A DNA stretch of 53,961 bases, from contig JAZKFH010000026.1 of the NCBI GenBank assembly GCA_040386535.1, positions 1-53,961 on the forward strand, given 5' to 3'. Source of the stretch: Myxococcota bacterium. Lineage in GTDB: Bacteria; Myxococcota_A; UBA796; SXON01. The notes beneath the pieces are model-generated. The model did not search any database. It was not told where the DNA came from and was given only the letters and a program-made list of their open reading frames with translations. The position numbers and the translations under genes are program-made. Each line of letters begins with the position of its first letter. Position 1 is the first letter of the stretch. This document shows positions 8,646 to 17,360 of this stretch, one piece after another.

Positions 8646-10244
8646 TCACCAGCGCCCGGCGAGCCCGACACCGGTGGGCGTGAAGTAGAAGTGGCTGTCG
8701 AGCGGCCCGAGGAACACACCCACGCCCGCCGTGGCTGCGCCCGCGGCCAGGAGGCCGATGGTCGCGTAGCGGCCGGTGTTGAAGCGGCTCACGATCGCGT
8801 CGGCCTCGGCGCGGTCGACGCTCTGGGTGCTGTTGTTGGCGGCTTCGGCCTCGGCCCACGCCGGGTTGACCACGAGGAAGTTGATCGCGCCGCCGCCCGC
8901 CATCATCGCGCCGCCGCCGGCGATCATCGCCCAGCCGACCACGCCGCTGTCGTTGTCGGCCTTCGGCTTCTTCGCGGGCTTCTCGGCGAGCGCCTTCGCC
9001 GCCTTGTCGGCGGCCGCCTTCTCGGCGGCGGCCCGCTCCGCGGTCGCCTTGTCGGCCGCGGCGGCCTTGTCGGCGGCAGCCTTGTCGGCGGCAGCCTTGT
9101 CGGCGGCAGCCTTGTCGGCCGCGGCCTTGTCCGCACCGGACTTGTCGGCAGACGCCTTGTCGGCGGCCGCCTTGTCCGCCGCCACCTTGTCAGCGGCGGC
9201 CTTGTCCGCGGCCACCTTGTCGGCCACGGCGCTGGAGGCCTTGTCCGCCGCGGCCTTGTCGACCGCCATCTTGTCGGCAGCGGCCTTGTCCGCGGCTGCC
9301 TTGTCCGCGGCGGCCTTGGCCGTAGCGGCGGTGGCGGCCTTGTCGGCGGCGGCCTTGTCCGCTGCGGCCTTGTCGGCGGCAGCCTTGGCGACCGCTCCGT
9401 CGGCGGCGGTCTTGTCAGCCGCGGCCTTGTCGGCAGCGGCCTTGTCCGCGGCGGCGAGCGTGGCGGCCTTGTCGGCCTCGGCCTTCGCGGCGGTTGCAGC
9501 GGCCGCGGCGGTGGCGGCAGCCTGGGCGGCGGCCTCCTTCTCGGCCTTCTCCGCGGCGGCGGCGGTGAGGGCCGCTTGCTTGGCGGCTTCCTTCTCGGCC
9601 TTGGCGAGCTCGGCCTTCGAGGGGCCCTTGGGCGCCTTCGCGGGCTTGCCGCCCTTGACCACGGGGTAGGCCCCGCCGGAGCAGAGCACGAGGTAGTCGG
9701 GCGGCGGCGCGCCGAACGTGTACCAGGAGCCGACCACGTTGCCTTCCCCGCAACGAAGCTGGAGAAAGTGCGTACCGAGAATGACCGCGTCGAACGCTTC
9801 CATGCGGCGCCCGTCGACGAAGATCATCGTGTCGCCCGGATCCTCGGGGAGGCCGAGCGTGACCGAGTCGCGCCCCTTCACCTCGCCGATGAGGGCGTAG
9901 TACACGTCCTGCGCGTCGCTCTCGGGGAGCACGTCCGCTTCGGGCTGGAAGTCCTGCGAGACGACGATCGCGTCTCTCCAGTGGTTCAGCGCCGCGGTGT
10001 CCTTGTCGCCGCTGCGCCACTCGATGGCGCCCTTGTAGAAGGACAGCCGCGCGAGGTCCTTCTCCTGGATCAGCGCCGCCGACGCCGGTGCGGCAGCCTC
10101 GGCCTGGGCCAGGAAGGTGCGCGCCCCCTTGTAGTCCCCGGCGGCGATGGCGGCCTTGGCCTGGTCGAGCAGCGCGGCGTAGCCGCCCTCGTCCTGCGCC
10201 CAGGCGGGGGCCGCCAGCATCAACAGCAGCGCGGTCAGCGACAC
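8646..10244 (-). CDS. Secreted/membrane protein with TPR-like N-terminus, PEGA-like segment, TolA-like (AAADK)n linker and C-terminal hydrophobic segments ending GRW
   Basis: Signal peptide VSLTALLLMLAAPAWAQ; IFVDGR; ~25 xDK pentapeptide repeats. Confidence 0.85.
   Translation of the reverse strand: MSLTALLLMLAAPAWAQDEGGYAALLDQAKAAIAAGDYKGARTFLAQAEAAAPASAALIQEKDLARLSFYKGAIEWRSGDKDTAALNHWRDAIVVSQDFQPEADVLPESDAQDVYYALIGEVKGRDSVTLGLPEDPGDTMIFVDGRRMEAFDAVILGTHFLQLRCGEGNVVGSWYTFGAPPPDYLVLCSGGAYPVVKGGKPAKAPKGPSKAELAKAEKEAAKQAALTAAAAEKAEKEAAAQAAATAAAAATAAKAEADKAATLAAADKAAADKAAADKTAADGAVAKAAADKAAADKAAADKAATAATAKAAADKAAADKAAADKMAVDKAAADKASSAVADKVAADKAAADKVAADKAAADKASADKSGADKAAADKAAADKAAADKAAADKAAAADKATAERAAAEKAAADKAAKALAEKPAKKPKADNDSGVVGWAMIAGGGAMMAGGGAINFLVVNPAWAEAEAANNSTQSVDRAEADAIVSRFNTGRYATIGLLAAGAATAGVGVFLGPLDSHFYFTPTGVGLAGRW
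8995..9480 (-). repeat. Coding 15-bp repeats (AAADK)
   Basis: gccttgtcggcggc-type units repeated about 25 times. Confidence 0.9.
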
Positions 10245-12259
10245 TCGGACTTCTCCCACGAGCCCCCCCCGGTATTGAAGGTGAAGACGCAGGTGGTCCC
10301 GGCCTCCACACTGAAGTCGGCGAGCACGCTGGGCCCGCCACCCTTGGGCTTGACCTTGCCGCGGAGCACGCCCGGCTCGATGTCCTTGAGCCGCAGGTTG
10401 CCCGAGCCGTCCCACTCCGTGCGGAAGCCGGTGGGGCTCGTGACGGTCACCTCGGTGGCGCCGGCGGGCACCACGAGGATGACGCCGCCCTTGCCGTCGG
10501 CATTCGCCGCGAAGTCCTGGTCCGCGGTGCCCTTCACCAGCTTGGAGCTGGCGCCCTCGGTCACGGGCGGCTTGTCGACGACCGGCGGGGTCTCCACCGG
10601 GGTCGAACCCGGGCGGACCACGAAGAAGATGGCGATGGCGGCCACGACCGCGAACATGCCGAGCAGGCCGAGCACGACGACGATCTTGCCGATGCCGCCC
10701 GCGGCGGACGACTCGGGCTCGGGCGCCGGCGTGTAGTTCGCGACGGGGCGCACGGAGGGCTCGGGGCGCTGCATCGTGGCCGCGCTCGGGCCGTCCGATC
10801 GGCCGCCCATCTCGCCCATGCCGCGCGGAGTCACCGTCTGCAGCTGGGGCGGGGTCGGCGGCGAGAACCCGGCGTTCGGGCGGCCGACCGGCAGCTCCGC
10901 GGGGGGCTCCACGAGGTCTTCCGGCACGGTGAAGGGGTTCTCGTCTTCCTCGCCGCCTGCGGCGTTAGCCACCGGCGCCACCGGGGGGGCCAGGAAGGGC
11001 GCCGACGTGCCCGGGAGCGGCGCGGGGGCGCCGTTCATCCCGTTGTTCATCGGGCGCGGCGCCGAAGCGCCGGGGGCCGGGCGCGCGGTCGACGCGCCGG
11101 GCGCCGGGCGCGGGGACGAGGTCGCCGGCCGGGGCGCGGAGTTCGCCGCGGCGCGTTGCATGGCGTTCGAAGCGCCGGTGATCTGGCCCGGGAGCGGCAT
11201 CGGCTGCGGGGACGAGATGCGCATCCCGCCGGACGACGTGCCGTCCGCCGAGTCGAAGGGGCCGACGAACCCGCTCGAGTCCTCGTAGACGAGCATGCCC
11301 GTGAGCGGATCGTTGGGGTCCTGCTCGGGGCTGTACGACTCGATGATCTCCTTGACCGACTCGCGGACGAAGCGCTTGAGCCCGCCGTCCCGCGCGGCGT
11401 CGCTGAAGGTCTCCATCAGCTCGACGACCTGGGACGAGGTCGGCCGGTTCTCCGGCTCGTAGGCGAGCATCATCCGCATCGTCTCGCGGAAGTCCTCGTG
11501 CATCGACTCGGGCAGCCCCGTCAGGTCGAGGCCGGCGAGGCGCTCGGCCACGGTCTTCTCGAAGCGCTCGGGGCGGATGTGGATCTTGCCGAAGCTGTCG
11601 AGCGTGAGGAGCTCGTACAGGGTGATGCCGAGGCTGAAGATGTCGCCGGCGGGGTGGTCTTCTTCCCCCATGAGGCGCTCGGGCGCCATGTAGGCGGCGG
11701 AGCCGAACGCGAGCGCCTGGGTCTTGGCCTCGCGGTCGTCGAAGCTGGCGCGCGCGGTGCCGAAGTCGAGCACCTTCACGTCGCCTTCGATCGTGATCAT
11801 CGCGTTCGACGGCTTGATGTCGCGGTGGATGACCTTGAGCGACTCGCCGCCTTGGAGCGGCATGTGGTTGTACGCGGCGTCCAGCGCGGAGGCGATCGCG
11901 CCGATCACCTCGAACATCGACTGGCGGGGAAAGGGCTTGCCCTGCTCCCGGAGCGCGTTGCTGATCGTCTTGAGATCGACGCCCTGCAGGTACTCCATGA
12001 CGATGGCGCACTGGCCCTGGATCGCGGTCAGATCCTCCACGCGCACGATGCTGCGGTGGCGGAGCCGGCCGAGCAGCCGCGCCTCGTCGCGCGAGCGCAT
12101 CACGACTTCGTCGTTGTCCACCCACTTGCTGTGCAGGACCTTGATGGCCACGACCGAGGAGAAATTGTCACCGGTGATCATCTCGGCCAGGTACACCTTG
12201 CCGAAGCCACCCTGGGCCAGCTCCTTCAGAAATCGGAAACGGCGCCTGGGCTCCGCCAT
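10235..12259 (-). CDS. Ser/Thr protein kinase with Pro-rich linker, TM helix and extracytoplasmic domain
   Basis: Intact GGFGKV, VAIK, HRDIKPSN, DFG and YMAPE; TM IVVVLGLLGMFAVVAAIAIFFVV. Confidence 0.95.
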   Translation of the reverse strand: MAEPRRRFRFLKELAQGGFGKVYLAEMITGDNFSSVVAIKVLHSKWVDNDEVVMRSRDEARLLGRLRHRSIVRVEDLTAIQGQCAIVMEYLQGVDLKTISNALREQGKPFPRQSMFEVIGAIASALDAAYNHMPLQGGESLKVIHRDIKPSNAMITIEGDVKVLDFGTARASFDDREAKTQALAFGSAAYMAPERLMGEEDHPAGDIFSLGITLYELLTLDSFGKIHIRPERFEKTVAERLAGLDLTGLPESMHEDFRETMRMMLAYEPENRPTSSQVVELMETFSDAARDGGLKRFVRESVKEIIESYSPEQDPNDPLTGMLVYEDSSGFVGPFDSADGTSSGGMRISSPQPMPLPGQITGASNAMQRAAANSAPRPATSSPRPAPGASTARPAPGASAPRPMNNGMNGAPAPLPGTSAPFLAPPVAPVANAAGGEEDENPFTVPEDLVEPPAELPVGRPNAGFSPPTPPQLQTVTPRGMGEMGGRSDGPSAATMQRPEPSVRPVANYTPAPEPESSAAGGIGKIVVVLGLLGMFAVVAAIAIFFVVRPGSTPVETPPVVDKPPVTEGASSKLVKGTADQDFAANADGKGGVILVVPAGATEVTVTSPTGFRTEWDGSGNLRLKDIEPGVLRGKVKPKGGGPSVLADFSVEAGTTCVFTFNTGGGSWEKSECR

Positions 12260-12370
12260 GGAAAGTCCTCGTCGTCTTGGGAAACCGCCGCGTGGTCAGC
12301 AGGGCGGGCTTGGGAGTGGGACGCGGACCGCCCGGCCCGAGCAAGGCGCACTATAGCGCATGGCGTCGGG

Positions 12371-13105
12371 TCAGGTAGAGCACAGCCCTCCCTCCACCTT
12401 CGCGGTCTCGAGCACGAGGTGGAGCAGCGCCACGTAGTCGATGAGGCGCGTCTTGACGCCGGGATGCTTCTTCTGCACCCCCGACCACGCCCAGCCGCCG
12501 CCGATGAAGCCGCCGCCCCACGGCGAGGCGTGATCGATGAGCGTCCCCTCGTCGCGCGCGATGATCGCGGCCATCACCATGCGCACGGCGTCGTCCTTGC
12601 GGTCTTTCGCCAGATCGCCTTCCTGGTAGGCGGTCTGGATGCGCGCGGCCTTCGCCCACTCGTTGTGTTGGAAGGAGCTGATGTTCTCGAGGTCGACGGC
12701 CTGGAGCTTGTTGTCCTTCTCCTCGAGCAGGAACGCCATCGCGGCGTACCGCACCGGGAGCGTGGAGCCGGTCCCGCAGAAGGCGGCGGCGAGGGCGTCC
12801 TGGTCGTCGGTCGACTCGATCTTGACCAGCACCTGGTTGTAGGCGGGATCCTTCACCCGGTACTTCTCCTCGAGCGTGTCGATGCGCTTGAGGATGTCCT
12901 TGATCTCGTCCGGACCGAAGCCCATCTTCCCGATGTTCCCCTCGCGCTCGGGCACGATGAAGTTCATCCCGAACAGCTTGTCCTCGCGCTTGGTCTCGGC
13001 CTTGGTCTGCGCGTCGGGCTCCACGATGTCCTCGTCCGTGAGGAGCAACACGTTGAAGCCGAGCGCCGCGAGCATGAACAGCGCGATCCAGACGTAGCGG
13101 CTCAC
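12371..13105 (-). CDS. Hypothetical protein with N-terminal membrane anchor
   Basis: GTG start overlaps the upstream stop (GTGA); hydrophobic N-terminus. Confidence 0.8.
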   Translation of the reverse strand: MSRYVWIALFMLAALGFNVLLLTDEDIVEPDAQTKAETKREDKLFGMNFIVPEREGNIGKMGFGPDEIKDILKRIDTLEEKYRVKDPAYNQVLVKIESTDDQDALAAAFCGTGSTLPVRYAAMAFLLEEKDNKLQAVDLENISSFQHNEWAKAARIQTAYQEGDLAKDRKDDAVRMVMAAIIARDEGTLIDHASPWGGGFIGGGWAWSGVQKKHPGVKTRLIDYVALLHLVLETAKVEGGLCST

Positions 13106-14721
13106 TTGCCCTTCCCCTGCGCCGCGACCTGCTCCTTCGTGGGCACCTTGATGTCGTTGCAGTAGCCGTTCGCTCGCACGAACGCGCGGTAGGGCGCGAA
13201 CACCGTGAACTCGTCGGCGTAGTTGGCGCCGTAGTAGCACACCGCGAGCAGGTGCTGGGAGATGACGTAGGGCACGTAGTGCTGGGTCACGCTGCCGAGG
13301 TAGCCGCCGCACCGATCGTTGAAGTCGACCGCCTGCCCCTTCGCCACGCAGGTGATGTTCCGCCCGATGAAGTCGGGCGAACGCTCCACGTTCGCGGCCT
13401 CCCGGAACTTCCGGTAGGCGTGGAGCATGTTGTAGATGTTGATCTTGTTTTCCTGGTACGGCGCGTTGTTGTACCCGGCGTTGTGGCTCGCGATGGTGAT
13501 CTGGGTGATGGCGCCGGAGTAGCGCAGCTCCGGGTCGGCGAAGGCCTCGCCGAGCAGCTTCACGGCCCCGAGCGTGGACGCCCGGAGGTTGCTGCGATCG
13601 TCCACCGCGCAGCTCGAGATCTGGCACTGGTCATTTTCGACGTACACGGCGTTCTTCCGCACGTTGCGGGGCGGCGCGAACGCGGTGGGGCTCCAGAGCC
13701 CGCGGCCGCGGAGCGCGCAGTCGCGCACGGCGATGCCCGCGCGGTTCGCCACCTCGGGCTGGAACTGCCAGTACCCGAAGGCGCACAACATCGTGTCCTT
13801 CGCCTTGCTGTTGTAGCGGCTCTCCTGGAAGGGGATGGCCGCGAGCACGTCGGGCAGGTTCGCCTTGCGCAGCTCGGCGAGCACGGCGGCGTAGTCCTCG
13901 TGGGCGTTGTCGAGCTGCCGCCAGAAGGTCCAGCCCTTGCCGTGCATGGTCTCGGAGCGGGTGACCCACTCCATCAGGTTCTTGTCCCACTTGTCGGTGC
14001 TGGTCTGGAGCTCGGGCCAGTCCGCCGCCGCGACGTTCGGCTTCATCACGAACTCGTTGAACGCCTGCTCCACGCCCTTGTAGAGCTGAACGTCCACCTT
14101 CTCCGTGAGCGAGGCCTCGTAGTCGTAGGTCTCCAGGCCATCGTCGACAGGGCCGAGGCGATCGACCTCGCGCTGGGTGATGACGAACACGATCCCGGCG
14201 AGCGCGCTGACGAACATCGTGAGGATGGTCAGCGCGATGGGGATGACCCACAGCGGAAACCGCCGCGTCGCGTCGAGCTCGCGCACCTCGGTGGGGCGCA
14301 CGTCCGCGTCGAGCTGCGAGGAGTCCGACAGGATCGCGCCCTGCTCCCACGCGCCGAGGCGCCGGCACTCGAGGAACACGGCGGTGGCGCCGCGCCCAGG
14401 GGGGCCGAAGTGCAGCGCGCAGCCGTCGGACAGGAACGTGGGGCCGCGGATGGGCTGGATCTCGTTCCAGTCCACGTGTTCGTGCGGCGCCATGCGCACC
14501 GGGTTGGGCCCGACCGGCGCGACGGACGCGGTGCCGCCGTCGTACGCGGTGAGCACCGCCTGCCGATCGTCGAGCCCGCGATAGCCCTCGAGCTTCAGGC
14601 CGCCGGGGCCGGGATTCGCGCCCAGCCGGATCACCGGCCCACGCAGCGGCATCTCGCCCTGGAACGACAGGGGGCCGTTCTGGAACTTCAGGATGACGAA
14701 CCAGCGTTCCTGGCTGCTCAT
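13102..14721 (-). CDS. FHA-like domain + TM + SLT lytic transglycosylase
   Basis: SLT motifs AIPFQESRYN, A.G.WQFQP, ASHNAG; central TM; N-terminal beta-rich IRLG...LSDG..LHFG; ATGA overlap with upstream gene. Confidence 0.85.
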   Translation of the reverse strand: MSSQERWFVILKFQNGPLSFQGEMPLRGPVIRLGANPGPGGLKLEGYRGLDDRQAVLTAYDGGTASVAPVGPNPVRMAPHEHVDWNEIQPIRGPTFLSDGCALHFGPPGRGATAVFLECRRLGAWEQGAILSDSSQLDADVRPTEVRELDATRRFPLWVIPIALTILTMFVSALAGIVFVITQREVDRLGPVDDGLETYDYEASLTEKVDVQLYKGVEQAFNEFVMKPNVAAADWPELQTSTDKWDKNLMEWVTRSETMHGKGWTFWRQLDNAHEDYAAVLAELRKANLPDVLAAIPFQESRYNSKAKDTMLCAFGYWQFQPEVANRAGIAVRDCALRGRGLWSPTAFAPPRNVRKNAVYVENDQCQISSCAVDDRSNLRASTLGAVKLLGEAFADPELRYSGAITQITIASHNAGYNNAPYQENKINIYNMLHAYRKFREAANVERSPDFIGRNITCVAKGQAVDFNDRCGGYLGSVTQHYVPYVISQHLLAVCYYGANYADEFTVFAPYRAFVRANGYCNDIKVPTKEQVAAQGKGK

Positions 14722-17279
14722 GCGCGCTTGTCCACGAGGCTGCGGACGACGAGGAGGCTCCGGGCGGCGAGCGTCCGGTCCTCCAGGATGTGGAAGGGCT
14801 CGAGCGCGACGCCGTCGAGCGTGGCGACCCAGTCGCCGGGCGGCAGCTCCACCATCACCGCGAGCGCGTCGACGAGGCTCGCGATGGGCGTCGCGGTGGC
14901 GAGGGGCGCGCGGAGCCGCGTGACACGATCCGGGCCGTGGACCTCGATGTCGCAGGGCACGTAGCGGCTCTCGATCGGGTGGAAGATCAGGGTCTGCTCG
15001 GGGTCGAGCGTGTCGAGCCGGGTGTCCGCGGGGAGCGGCCCGGCCACGGGTCCGAGCCGATACCACCCGAGCAGCCGCCCGTCGAGCGAGGTCCGGAGCG
15101 GCACGACCTGTCCGACCAGGAGGCCCGCCACGTCGGCGAGCGTGGAGTTGGCGGGGAGGCGCCGGCGCTGCGCGGGCGTGTCGGCGCTGCGCGCGATCTT
15201 GTAGGGCTGCGGCTCGCCGCGGAGGCCGCTCTTCATCGCGTCGGGGATGCGGGCACGGAGGCCCGCGGGGCGCGGCTCGTCGGCGGGGGCGGCGGGCGGC
15301 GTGGGAGCGGCGGCGGACGGCGGCGGCGTGACCGGAGCAGGAGCGGGTTGCGGCGCGGGCGCCTGGACGACCGGGGGCGGCGCGATGGGGGCCTGGGTGA
15401 CGGGGGCCTGGGCGACGGGGGCCTGGGCGACCGGGGGCGGCGGCGCGACGGGCGGCGGCGGAGCTACGGGGGGCGGCGCCACCGGCGCGCGCGCGGCGAG
15501 ATCGGCGGCGTCGCGCGCTTCGGACGCCTGCACGGCGCGGGCGACACGGTCCTTGAGGTGCTGCCCGTCCGACGAGGTGAGGATGCGGTCGAGCACCGAG
15601 GACGCCGACGGCGTGGCGCGCGGCGTGTGCTCGGAGCCCGAGGCGCGCACCCGCGCCAACAGGTCCTTCGCGCGGTCGCCCGAGTGGATGGCGGGCGGGG
15701 GCGGCACCATGCGGCCCGCGGGCACCGGCGGCGTGGCGGCCGGCGGCGTGGCGAGGGGCGCGGCATCGGGCCCGGAGAGCGACTCCCCGGAGTTGGAAGG
15801 CGGGCGCCGGGAGGGGGGCAGCCGCGCGACCCCGAGCGTCGGGCGCGGGGCGTCGCCGGCGGCCGGGAGCGTGGCGGCGGGCGTGGCCAGGGGCGTGCCG
15901 AGCGGCGCCGCGGCGGGCGTGAGGGACGGCGGCGGCCGCGGCGCGGCGAGGGGCGCCGGCTCCTCGAAGGACTCCATCCCCGCGGACGATGCCCGGGGGT
16001 TCGGCCGCACGCCGCTGCGCATCGGGGGCCCGAACCGCGCGGGCTCGGCGGGCGCCGGCGCGGGAACTGCCGCGACGGGTGGCTCGGAGGGAGCGAGCAC
16101 CTCCTGGCCGGTGCGCGGCGGCGGGCGGCGCGAGGGCGGGAGGCCGGCGCGGGAGGACGACGCCATCGGATCGTCGGGGCGGGCGGCGGCCACGGGCGGC
16201 GGCGGCGGCTCGCGGGCGGGGGGCGGCGCGGGCACGGCGGCGGGCTCCGCGGGGCGACGCGCGCCGGGCGCGAACCCACCCCGCGCCGGCTTGGCGGGGG
16301 CGGGCGCATCCTCGTCGTCCATCATCTTGCGGAGCTCGTCCTTCGACAGCATCGAGGTCTTGGCGGGGTCGAGCTCCTGGCGCGCGCGCGGCTGCTGCCG
16401 GATCACGCGCTGCATCATCTCGCGCAGGCCCACGCCCTGCACGGCCTTGTCGTTCAGCGCCGCGTTCGCCGCGGCGAAGAACTCGTCCCCCGAGCCGAAC
16501 CGATCGCGGAAGTCGGGCCGCAACGTCGTCGTGAGCAACGCTCGCACGGTCTCGGGGAGGAACTCGCGGAACTGGTGGATGCGCCGGCTGGTCTCGCCGC
16601 GCGCGGCCTTGGCGCGGATGTCGTTGACGAGCCCGTCGTACACGGGCTTTCCGCACATCACCTCGAACGCGACGAGGCCGAGCCCGAACAGGTCGGACGA
16701 GAAGTTCTCGCGCTTCGACTCCATCCGCTCCGGCGGGCAGTAGCGGAACGCGTCCTCCCGCGGGATGCGGTCGGGCTGCTCGTGGAAGGTGAGGATCTCG
16801 ACCTGGGGCAACGCGTGGCCGATGAGCTGGACGCGCCCCTCCGCGTCGAGCATCACGCGCCATGGCGTGAGCCCGCCGTGCGAATACACGCCGGCCAGCT
16901 CCCCTGTCTCCGCGGCCTCGACCAGCACCTGCCCGGCGTGCGCCATCAGCTCCACGCCGGCGCGTACCCCGCCCACCTCGCCGAGATCGGCCAGGGTCCG
17001 CACGACCTCGGCCACCGACCACGCCTGGCCCGTCGGGTACACGAAGGTGGACTCGCCGAGGTCGAACGTGCCGAGGTCGGTCAGCCCGGTGACCATCGGC
17101 GACTCGAGGAACGACAACACGACGCCCAGCGCGGCGTTGATCGCGTTGTGGCTCCGGTACTCGGGATGGAACACGATCGCCGTGTGGCGGGCGCCGTCCG
17201 GCCCCTGCAACTCGACCAGGTCCGAGCCGGGGCCCAGCTGGGTGCGGCCGGTGCGTGTGTAGCCGACGAGCGAAGGCAT
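14718..17279 (-). CDS. Kinase-like (pseudokinase) domain + Pro/Ala-rich linker + putative tandem ubiquitin-like domains
   Basis: Kinase C-lobe motifs YCPPE, SDLFGLGLVAFE..G..Y, RF present; HGGLTP replaces HRD, IGH replaces DFG. Confidence 0.8.
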   Translation of the reverse strand: MPSLVGYTRTGRTQLGPGSDLVELQGPDGARHTAIVFHPEYRSHNAINAALGVVLSFLESPMVTGLTDLGTFDLGESTFVYPTGQAWSVAEVVRTLADLGEVGGVRAGVELMAHAGQVLVEAAETGELAGVYSHGGLTPWRVMLDAEGRVQLIGHALPQVEILTFHEQPDRIPREDAFRYCPPERMESKRENFSSDLFGLGLVAFEVMCGKPVYDGLVNDIRAKAARGETSRRIHQFREFLPETVRALLTTTLRPDFRDRFGSGDEFFAAANAALNDKAVQGVGLREMMQRVIRQQPRARQELDPAKTSMLSKDELRKMMDDEDAPAPAKPARGGFAPGARRPAEPAAVPAPPPAREPPPPPVAAARPDDPMASSSRAGLPPSRRPPPRTGQEVLAPSEPPVAAVPAPAPAEPARFGPPMRSGVRPNPRASSAGMESFEEPAPLAAPRPPPSLTPAAAPLGTPLATPAATLPAAGDAPRPTLGVARLPPSRRPPSNSGESLSGPDAAPLATPPAATPPVPAGRMVPPPPAIHSGDRAKDLLARVRASGSEHTPRATPSASSVLDRILTSSDGQHLKDRVARAVQASEARDAADLAARAPVAPPPVAPPPPVAPPPPVAQAPVAQAPVTQAPIAPPPVVQAPAPQPAPAPVTPPPSAAAPTPPAAPADEPRPAGLRARIPDAMKSGLRGEPQPYKIARSADTPAQRRRLPANSTLADVAGLLVGQVVPLRTSLDGRLLGWYRLGPVAGPLPADTRLDTLDPEQTLIFHPIESRYVPCDIEVHGPDRVTRLRAPLATATPIASLVDALAVMVELPPGDWVATLDGVALEPFHILEDRTLAARSLLVVRSLVDKRA

Positions 17280-17360
17280 GCGGGGGGAGGGCCTCGGGCG
17301 GGGATGGTAGCACGCACCCCGGCCTCCGCATCGTCGTCCACCGGGGATAGGCTCCCTCCG

